A stretch of 24,511 nt of DNA from Tubiluchus corallicola (lineage: Eukaryota > Animalia > Priapulida). Below are positions 1 through 8,851 of the stretch, piece after piece. Position 1 is the stretch's first letter; every line of letters starts with the position of its first letter. Below the pieces are notes generated by a model that saw nothing but the letters and a program-made list of their open reading frames with translations, had not been told where the DNA came from and made no database searches. Made by a program: the position numbers and the translations under genes. Location of the stretch: contig JAQGDQ010000235.1 in the NCBI GenBank assembly GCA_030141605.1, positions 320,811 through 345,321 of the forward strand, written 5' to 3'.

Positions 1-174
1 TTTGAAACAGAGAATACCTACTCTTTTTTCACTCACACTGAAACAAGTTCAACTTCCCACAAAACTTGACCTTTCCTTTGAAACAGAGAATGCCTACTCT
101 TTTTTCACCCACACTGAAACAAGTTCAACTTCCCGCAAAACTTGACCTTTCCTTTGAAACAGAGAATACCTACT
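1..174. repeat. 76-bp tandem repeat (about 2.3 copies visible; runs off the window start)
   Basis: TTTGAAACAGAGAAT(A/G)CCTACT recurs at 1, 77 and 153, and the intervening sequence is near-identical. Confidence 0.95.
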
Positions 175-625
175 AGTCTTACTAGAATTACCTACTAGCT
201 TGCGACACTCAGGCAAAAGGGAAAAAACCCATTGTTTCTATATTAGTTTTCATACATTCAGTTTCTTTCTTGATAGATGGACCTTTTTCTTGCTATGGGT
301 GATCTCCAGGACGTCCAACACAGCACAGTTGCAGTCCAGTCTGTGTTGACCTTCATCGCTTTGTGAAATCGACACAGTCATTTTCGTTTGCGCCCGTATC
401 CCACAGATTAATTAGTTACATAATGCCAACAACAGACGTCATTTGTGAGGACGCCTAACTGTGCAACCTGTCTGCTTAGATGAACTTATTTGATTTGCTA
501 CGCCTGGGGTGGTGGACCTTTTAGTAAGATCTCTTGTTTTAGTTTACGTTTTATACGTACAGGTGGCACTGCAAGCTTTGACATGCCAGACCCCTACCGG
601 TAAAATTAATAGAGAATTTGCAACT

Positions 626-1284
626 CAGAAGCGTAGCAACGGGAGGAGGGTCGACGGGGTGGCGGGGGGGGGGGTTGTTTGGTGGAGGTGCGGTCGGTAA
701 TCGTCCCCAGACGCAAAATTCTTCAAGAGTTCAATGACTGTTATTTATTAATTACAGACCCGACATTAACAAAACAATTAACAAAAGTTTTGAAACTACA
801 ACAAAATAGTCTAGTCAGAGGTCATCGTAGCTGAATTATTTATTACGTACAACCTAGAGAAAAAAGGCAAATGTTGTTACTTAACCACGTGTGTAGGTTA
901 GGGCGTGGCTTAGCAGATCGATAATTTTAGCAGAAACAGTGACTTTTCTCTAAGTACTGATTGTATTAATATGAAAACCTGCAGTGTTCTGTATCTTTCA
1001 TAATCTTTGCATAATTTCATAATAATGTCATAGATAAGGATTGTTGTGTTACGAGCAACTAATGCATAGAAAAGAGTTACTCTGCTGCAGTACCACAAAT
1101 CAAACTCAGGGTTATTCTTAGAAAAAATCGTTTATCTTTATCCCATCGTGTCAAAAAAGGAAAGTTGGGCTCAGGGACGCAAAAAATCCGCTTCACCCAC
1201 GAAACAAATGATCAAAACATTAAAAGGGGTAGGGCTCCAGATGTTTTTTACCCCAGGGCGCCACAAGCACTTGCTATGCCACTG
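626..1284. mobile_element. Possible degenerate hAT-like MITE
   Basis: Left end CAGAAGCGTAGCAA matches the reverse-complemented right end CAGTGGCATAGCAA at 11/14, and both ends have GC-rich subterminal blocks. No 8-bp TSD is present (TTGCAACT vs TTCACCGC). Confidence 0.3.
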
Positions 1285-1782
1285 TTCACCGCTATGTAGA
1301 TATTCAGTATTAACAGGCACGAAACTTCCCAGGTACATTAAAACTTACCTGCGATGTTTACTAAAGTTATGTAATAATAACCGTATAATAGGAAATTTAA
1401 GGTAAACATGTTAAATGGACGTACCGGCGAGCATCACAAACTGCAGTTAGAAAATTAAAATTATTGGTGATTTATTATAATAAGTTGTAATTGATGTTAC
1501 TACATTAATACGTTTTTGTTGGCAACCTACAACGCATTCAGTATATTCTGTTCTAATAGTAAATTGTTTTGCCAATAAAGCCAAATTAACGTCTGATATA
1601 TTCAGGTTCAATCAAAATCAGGCTTTTAGAGGAAGACATTAAATAAATTATATTTAAACCAAAGTGAAAAGAATCACGAATACACGAGCAGAGACATAGA
1701 ATCCATGCAACTAATTTACTAAAGATGGGACGCCTGTTTATATTCTTAATGTCAGGTTGCAGTTTTGAGGAAACGATGTTCA

Positions 1783-2432
1783 AGGAAGAGAGGACGAGGG
1801 TTACGAGGAAGAGAGGATGACTTTTCATAAACTACCCCTTTTCAAGTCCGACAAAAAGTATAACACAATGATTGTAACACAATTAATACTGCAAACGCGT
1901 TTCTGATAATTACATAATAGATTAAAATCCTAATTAATGGCGAGCGAGCCCAACTATTGATGTCGCCACAAACTAACATTATTTTCAACAGCATAAACAT
2001 TCCACGAACGTGTTGCACGTGTTTATGAAAGAGAAAATTGAAGTACGGTGCTACTGTAAGATATTCAGTGTGTTGTACTAAAACTAAGCTAGTTTTATGA
2101 TAAAAATTCAAATTTCAAATTTATTGCTGTGCTCCTGCATAACCTGTCGAATGTGTGCAATACGTCACAAACTAACACATGTTAAATGAGAACTACAGTA
2201 CTTGTTTTTTATGCAATGCGTTTCTGAAATGCAGGCGCTAGTGCCCGTCTAACTAGCGAAAGGTGAAATGCATGTAACTGCGAAGAACTAGTGGCGCGAA
2301 CGCATGAAATTGTGTTTGTGTGGTAATAATTCTTTCACGTAAGTCATTTTCGAAAAAATAGTATGTTCCCTTTCAATATTTTAAAGAGTAGATTGTTTTG
2401 ACCTGCAGTTTAAGATTGGATCCGGTTTTGCT
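1783..2432 (+). mobile_element. Kolobok-like non-autonomous DNA transposon, copy 1
   Basis: Colinear with 20103-20617. Ends GGATCCGGTTTTGCT followed by TTAA (2433-2436). The left terminus AGGAAGAGAGGA is duplicated (1783 after TTCA, and 1806). It carries about 110 bp (approx. 2175-2282) missing from copy 2. Confidence 0.75.
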
Positions 2433-3253
2433 TTAAAAGGCGATCGTCTGTGAAACCTGGTTTATCCAGGAAACCAGCAAACAGTAGTAAGCAATGCAAC
2501 ACTTCTCAGAGAATTTCACTAATGCCTGCACTTCTATTGCACAACTGTTTGCTGTTTAAAGAGAAACCTTACCTTACTGGAGTGTTAAAACCAAACTATT
2601 CGATCATAAATGCTCACTGGTAAATTCTATGTGCAGTGTGGCTGTTGTGCTATTATAAAACTTGCCCGTTTTCCAATTTCCGTAGTGAGCGGGTTACAAA
2701 TACCGGTAAAAAAATCTTGAACGCACGAGAAGTTTGATTCAGTTTTTCATGTGCACGCGCGAGACGTGAGCTCGTTACAAAAGCGATGAGTGTAATGATT
2801 TCCAGTTCTTATTTAAAAACAGTCATAATTTGAAATGTGTTGTAAGCTGTTGCAGGTGTAAAATAGTCACGATGTATTTCAAACGAATGTAGGTAAAAGT
2901 GGCACGGGTAAAAATGGCACGGTAAAAATGACACAGGAAAAAATGGCACAGAAAAAATTCGTAAATGGAAAAGTAGGTTAAAAATGGAACAGGTAAAAAT
3001 GGTAATTTTTACTTCTGCCAAGGAAGTTATGCGTCATCACAAATTGTTTGTTTGTCTCTTTGTTTGGTTGTTTTTGTCAGTTGTGTCGTGGTGACTTTTG
3101 CGACGACAGTAAAACAAAAAAGAGATCTTTTCGTTCTACCATAACGCTAAATTTATTCTTTTTTCGAAAGTGCAATATACATTTTTTTCTGTTCCATATC
3201 AACTCAACAACTAACTTCCTATTTTAACTAGGTTAACTCCTCAAACCAGTTCC

Positions 3254-3257
<4 letters not shown>

Positions 3258-3287
<30 letters not shown>

Positions 3288-3359
3288 TGTATGTATGTAT
3301 GTACGTATGTATGTACGTATGTATGTATGTATGTATGTATGTATGTATGTATGTATGTA
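3258..3359. repeat. (TATG)n microsatellite, probably a retroelement 3' tail on the minus strand
   Basis: About 25 GTAT units. TTTATT (AATAAA on the minus strand) is immediately adjacent at 3361-3366. Confidence 0.9.
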
Positions 3360-3920
3360 GTTTATTGACTAAAACAAGTTACACGTATACACGAGGAACG
3401 AGGTAAATGCCACAATCGATACATCAGTGATTTTAGTCCAGATTGTCACTTTACGTACATTTCCTACTCAAGGTTATAGCATTAAAAACAGTGTTATGCA
3501 TACAAGGTACATCAGCATAAAAGTTGCAAAATTTCATAACATGTTATATAACAATTAGTGTGCTCAAAGAAGCGAGTTAAATCAGCAAGATATACCTACA
3601 GCTAGACGTAAATTAATTCACTTTGGCTTCTTTACGGCTGGTGAATCGTGAAGCCCAAACTTCAGAACAGTTGTGGCAGTAAGCCAATTATGCAAAAACT
3701 ACCTGGCAGTTTTCCAAGAAATTTTGTGAAGAAAGTCGGGTGCCAAAATGGGAATCTTTTCGCCGGTCATTTTCTCGCAAAACTTGACCGGACACTCCAA
3801 AAAAACGTTCTGAAAAGCTCGTGAGGGTCTCAGTGGGAGGGTTTAGTATTTTTGTTTTTGTTATCTGCACCAGGACTCACAACTACGAATTAGTTCATTT
3901 CCAGAAAATCTAGCTTATAA

Positions 3921-3944
3921 AAGTAAGTAAGCAAGCAAGCAAGC

Positions 3945-3987
<43 letters not shown>

Positions 3988-4486
3988 CAAGCAAGCAAGC
4001 AAGTAAGTAAGTAAGTAAGCAATTTATTATCATTATAGCATAATAAATACAATGAAATTTACGCAATTTTACGTACTGCAATAACTTATGGAAACAACAA
4101 GGAGATTGACACAAATAATTCAATCAGTTGTACAGTGACATAAAGAATTAATATTGGAGATTAACTGAAATTTACTGTTGATGGTGCAAATTGCAAAGGG
4201 AATAGAAAGAATTTAAAGTTCTTGTGGTTTTAGCCTTAATTGAGCGGAATCTACGACCAGAGGGGAGCATTTCAAAATATTTATTACCTGGATGGAATTC
4301 ATCTTTCATGATAACTTGCGCTCTCTTTGCGACCCTAGTTTCATACTAATAGGCCACAGATTGATGTTGAATTCCTATAATTTTTCAGGCGGATTTAACA
4401 ATTTGATCAAGAGCATTGCGATCTCCCTGCGTGGTGGCGCCATACAAAACAGTGAGGAATGTTGTTAAGACACTTAAAATTGTGTA
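3921..4486 (-). mobile_element. Decayed 3' end of a Rex1/Babar-like LINE (ORF2 C-terminus, 3' UTR and tetranucleotide tail)
   Basis: Manual minus-strand translation gives YTILSVLTTFLTVLYGATTQGDRNALDQIVKSA*KIIGIQHQSVAY*YETRVAKRAQVIMKDEFHPGNKYFEMLPSGRRFRSIKAKTTRTLNSFY/PFAI. This matches the Rex1-type C-terminal motif DxSHP..F..LPSGRRYRS...T.R..NSF.P.AI, with two stops and a frameshift. AATAAA is at 4028-4023, followed by a (CTTA/CTTG)n tail at 4020-3921. Confidence 0.85.
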
Positions 4487-5562
4487 ACCTAATGAATAAC
4501 CCCTGTTTATTAATGTGTATAGTCTGGAGACTTGGTACGTACATATTTGTGAATCTGTTGCCGTCGCCAAAGTTAACAGTTAAAAAGGTAGATATAAACT
4601 ATGTGGAACATTCGCGAATGATTGATTATCAATGTATTTAACGAGCAAATTTTTTGTGAGTCTTTTGATAGTTATAATACCAATGCATGTACATTTTTGT
4701 ACGTTTGCTTGTTTATCTTTGTATTAAATTTTTTGAATCAAAAGAATCAGACGAATAAGTTTAGGACTGTTTGACTTTGGCAGAGATCTACTTCCTACTG
4801 ACTGCGTTATAGTTTTATTATAGAAATCAATTGCATCATTATAACATTTGTGTCATTTTTACCTACTTTTCCTTTTGTGCCATTTTTTCCTGTGCCATTT
4901 CTTGTCGTGCCATTTTTACCTGTGTCATTCTTTCCTGTGCCAATTTAGCGTGCCATTTTTATCTAGTTTTCCACTTGTGCCATTTGCACCTGTGCCATTT
5001 TTATATTCACAATTTTTTTCTGTGCCATTTTACCTACTTTTCCATCTGTGGCACTTTTTCCTGTGCCATTTTTACCTGTGTCATTCTTTCCTGTGCCAAT
5101 TTAGCGTGCCATTTTTATCTACTTTTCCACTTGTGCCATTTGCACCTGTGCCATTTTACTGTGTACCACTTCAAACACTTGCCGACGTTACTATGAAGCT
5201 GCATGTAGAGGCAGAATCCAGTTCCGACCTTGGCATACGTGATCTTACTCTTGTAATATATCTATGTTCATGCATAATGCGTTAGACAACATACATTACC
5301 TCCGTTATAGACGGCATAATAATACAGATACAATTGCATACTATATTTGCCTCTAACTTGACATGGTAATGATATTAGATCTCTTAAGTATTTTCGTGAT
5401 GTTTGTTCGCACTGTTACTAATGCTGTTTGTGTTGTAGCTGGAAATATATATGTTTATATGTCGGCATTAAAAATATACTTTTAAAGTCTCCTATAATAA
5501 AGGAATATGCAAGCTTTTTAAACAACCTTTTGATTGCTCTAATGCCTTTAAGCATGTGTCTT

Positions 5563-6019
5563 CAGGGGCGTATTAACCTACGGCGCCAAAGTTTGAGGGG
5601 CGCCACATTTTAGGCACCCAATTTTAAAAAAAAATCTTGTTCTCCTCGGAAAATGTGTACCCGTTTAGATTCATGCAAAACAAGTCATTGTATAACACAC
5701 CACAGGCAGTTTCATATTCGTGTAAAACAAGCATTGTATAACACACCACAAACAGTTACTAAGGCTAGTTGTCATATAAATGCCATATAACGAACAAGTA
5801 CAAGCTACTACACAACAAAGAGTTGCCCAGCTTGCTTGTATATAAGTGTAGTTCATATACACATATAATTAACAACCATGTAGAAACTAGGTTAGTACTA
5901 TTATTACTGCACCACGAGTAATTGTTTAATCGGTTCATTACGTAACCAATCATAAATTCACAATACAGTTGGTCGGATCAGATCTATCAGCCTAGGGCTG
6001 ACATCTTGATACGGCGCTG
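5563..6019. mobile_element. hAT-like MITE (457 bp)
   Basis: TIRs CAGGGGCGTATTAA and (rc) CAGCGCCGTATCAA match at 11/14. The 8-bp flanks are TGTGTCTT (5555-5562) and CATGTCTT (6020-6027). Confidence 0.7.
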
Positions 6020-6375
6020 CATGTCTTAACATCGAAGTGCCCTATTTTGACGTTATTTTACGAACAATATTTACTATTTAAAATGCGGCTTTCTAATTAT
6101 AAGGATTTTTAACAGTGATTGTTTACAGGCTGATAAAATTTATTAATTAATTAATCTCCTAATTCTACATCTTTGTTGATTTTTTAATCTGTAAATCATT
6201 TTATTTAGTAGTAATTTACGTATGTGGTTTCTATTGTACATATGTAGCTGTTTTTATTGCATACGTGTGTTGATATGGGTTTTTCAGTGAATAAAGCTCA
6301 TGTCCTTAGTCTCTTAAACATTGTTTCTCTTTCTATAGCAGTTTAGAACGCAAGTAAGTACAATCGTTCAGCATA

Positions 6376-6772
6376 TAATCAGCCTTTTCACAGTTCCAGC
6401 AATTGATAATGATCGTGAAGAGTCAAAGGTTAAACGTACCAGACAACACATTTGTGTACACGTGACAAAGCCTCGCAGTCTATGCTGTTGTAATAGTAAC
6501 AGTTTTAACAGCTAGCTAGAATCTTACCTAGTTCATTTTTTCCTGTTTCCCAAGCAAAATCCTGCTAGTAAATCACTCTACGCACAGACTAACACATAAT
6601 TAAGTAAACTCCACGTAAAACAACTGAAGTTACTGAACTCATGCGGCAGACGACTTTGCTTAACCCACATGTCACGTGGCGGTTATAGTTAAGACGCGTT
6701 GCTGTGGTACACTTAACCTTTGACGTACATAAACTGCGCGTGCGCACAACGGAACTGTGAATAGGCTTATTA
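6376..6772 (+). mobile_element. MITE of about 400 bp with 22-bp TIRs, copy A
   Basis: TAATCAGCCTTTTCACAGTTCC ... GGAACTGTGAATAGGCTTATTA form a 20/22 inverted match. An inverted full copy is at 23387-23768 and an internal fragment at 17383-17556. Confidence 0.85.
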
Positions 6773-7944
6773 CGTATCTCTCTTTTCCTTTTTATTCACG
6801 CTTTTCATCCTCTAATTGATAAAGACAAGGTACCTCAGACCTTTCAGTGCTTTCCCGCTTTGAAAGTACAACATTTTTAATCTGATAATGATAATGTAAA
6901 CATCACGCCAACATACATCGTGTATTATGTGTATATACATTTGTAACATGTACATAAACAAGCATAACAATTTGTAAAAAAAAAAACTTATCGAAAAAAG
7001 TACAATGGAGTATACCGGGATATGCTACTATTAAAACACATGCGATTCTTTAATCGATATTTAAAATTGTTTAGAGAAACTATTTTCACTTTTTACTATA
7101 GCTCATTACCCTGAGTGGCCATTTGTCCTGCATACGACGATCAGTAAAGACGTAGCCTAAGCGGAGGGTGCATATTAATCGGAACATAGCCAAAACGCCC
7201 CTGCCGGTTGCAGTAGCTTCTCATCAGGAGTGGATACCGGGCCTGCCACAACCATGTGCATTAAACGTTCACTCTCATTGAAGGGATTCAACATGCAGAG
7301 GCGAAAATGCTAAGATTCTCAGAAGGGGGTAATCAAAAACACAACGAAGATAGTGCATATTGCTAATGCGTATTTTTTCCATAATTTGTCATATAATTAA
7401 ATAATAATTTATTAAAATTTAAATTGAAACTAATGTTATAAAAGCTGCATTCTTGTCATAAACACAAACTATTAACAGTTGTAAGTAGCGTATCAAGCAC
7501 ATTATTTTTAACGATCTCAATATGTTTGCCACGTTTTCTGAAATGTGTGCAGCCAATCTCTGATTTACATGATAAACTTATTCGTAACTGTTTGTGCTGG
7601 ATGAGAATTTATAAAATAACTGCATTTAGAAACGGAGAAAAATAAACGAAATGGAAAGTATTACCTTCATTCCTGAATTCTGAGTCAAATTCATTTTCAT
7701 GCAAATTTCTCATGGTGCATTTCATTGTGCGTTGCAAGTTTATATTTGACGTGTACAGGCTCGACAATGTAGCGTCAATTTCAGACACATTTGTGGCTCC
7801 GTTCATAAATTATGCAAGATAATGGCAAGTCTTCTGCTCACATTTGTCTCTCTAAGTGACGATCATAGTTGGATAGCTATTCACATCAATCTACGAATCT
7901 GGGTCTCGACAATAAATCGAATGTACTGAGTGCTGTATGCACGT

Positions 7945-8004
7945 AGAGAGAGAGGCGAGAGTGAAAGGGAGAGAGAGAGAGAGACATAGAGAGAGGGGGA
8001 GAGA

Positions 8005-8074
<70 letters not shown>

Positions 8075-8237
8075 GAGAGAGGGAGAGGAGAGAGAGAGAA
8101 AGACTGAGAGGGACAGATAGAGAAAGAGAGAGGTAGATAGAGAGAGAGAGAGAGAGAGAGACAGAGCGAGAGAGAGAGAGAAGGAAAGGGGAAAGAGAGA
8201 TTGAGAGAGACACAGAGAGAGGGGAGGGAAGGAGAGG

Positions 8238-8285
<48 letters not shown>
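7945..8285. repeat. Imperfect (GA)n polypurine microsatellite; probable tail of the adjacent LINE
   Basis: About 340 bp, nearly all purine on the plus strand. It abuts AATAAA motifs on the minus strand (8295-8300 and 8307-8312). Confidence 0.95.
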
Positions 8286-8289
<4 letters not shown>

Positions 8290-8851
8290 ATTTTTTTATT
8301 TAACTCTTTATTTCGAGCTAGGTTCATAGAGTACATAACATACAATACTTACAAGACATACAATAATTATAATCCCTCCTCCCAACATATACAATTTAAT
8401 ACACGTATAAATAAAATAACAGTACAAAATATATACACTCACAATGCCATACTTCCAGCCTGAATCGTCACTCATAATTTCTACCTAACACTTTCTTCCA
8501 TTGGTCTCTTATGTCTGAAGTGTAAAATGCGTCACTGTTATTCAATGCTTTTATAAGAAGATTTGAGCTTTGCATTACTCTTCTGTATAGACTGTATGCA
8601 GTTTTCCTATGTATTACATCAAAGTATAAGACGTTGTGGTCTACTAAAATGGTCCTGGAACTATAGTCATGTGGATAATTGAAAAAATTGCATTTAGAAA
8701 TATTGTGAGCTACTTTAAGTTTGCTGAGACTGTAGTTATAAAAATGCCGCCAGGTAGCCATACCGTAGAAAGAATTTCAATAAGAGTTGAACAAATGAGT
8801 TTTGACATTAGGTGAACAATGATGAAATTTTCTAAGAATACGGTTTGCTCT
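8286..8851 (-). mobile_element. 5'-truncated non-LTR retrotransposon 3' end (RTEX-like ORF2 C-terminus plus 3' UTR)
   Basis: The minus frame reads RANRILRKFHHCSPNVKTHLFNSY*NSFYGMATWRHFYNYSLSKLKVAHN...P...SSR..LV...V..F..I.RK..YSL..RV..S.N.LI..L..SD....S.....W. This resembles the recalled RT C-terminal pattern R.N.L.RKF..CS..VK..LF..YC. There is one in-frame stop where Cys is expected. The 3' UTR ends CGAAATAAA before (TC)n. The clade is uncertain. Confidence 0.75.

Larger units (their letters stand above)
3006..4814 (+). mobile_element. Helentron/DINE-1-like non-autonomous element nested in the foldback element
   Basis: The 5' end reads TTTTT-ACTTCTGCCAAGGAAGT (hairpin ACTTC/GAAGT) followed by a TTTG-rich tract. 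An inverted sub-TIR CTTTGGCAGAGAT lies at 4775-4787, followed by a decayed hairpin and ATAGTTTT. This fits the recalled ACCTCCGCCAAGGAGGT...CCTTGGCGGAGGT...CTAGTT architecture. Confidence 0.55.
2885..5167. mobile_element. Foldback/Mutator-like element with modular inverted arms and a 9-bp TSD
   Basis: The left arm (2885-3003) has tandem GGTAAAAATGGCAC-like subunits. The right arm (approx. 4848-5167) has the reverse complement, TGTGCCATTTTT. Both termini start with G and reach GTAAAA at the same offset. Flanks are ATTTCAAAC (2876-2884) and ACTTCAAAC (5168-5176), 8/9 identical. Confidence 0.7.

Noticed and set aside
375-412. Minus-strand LWDTGA resembling a retroviral aspartic protease motif
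   Set aside because: The frame is closed by stops on both sides within a short distance, and there is no gag/RT context or LTRs.
641-674. G-rich tract able to form a G-quadruplex; also a single TTAGGG at approx. 898
   Set aside because: The G-run lies in the subterminal part of a putative MITE with no evidence of function, and one TTAGGG is not a telomeric array.
1842-2111. Similar ORFs at 1842-2111 and 19953-20402 suggesting a gene family
   Set aside because: The similarity is just two copies of the Kolobok-like MITE. ORF lengths differ and there is no transposase motif.
4831-5285. Cys/His/Phe-rich ORFs resembling metal-binding proteins
   Set aside because: They are translations of the TGTGCCATTTTT subunits of the foldback arm.
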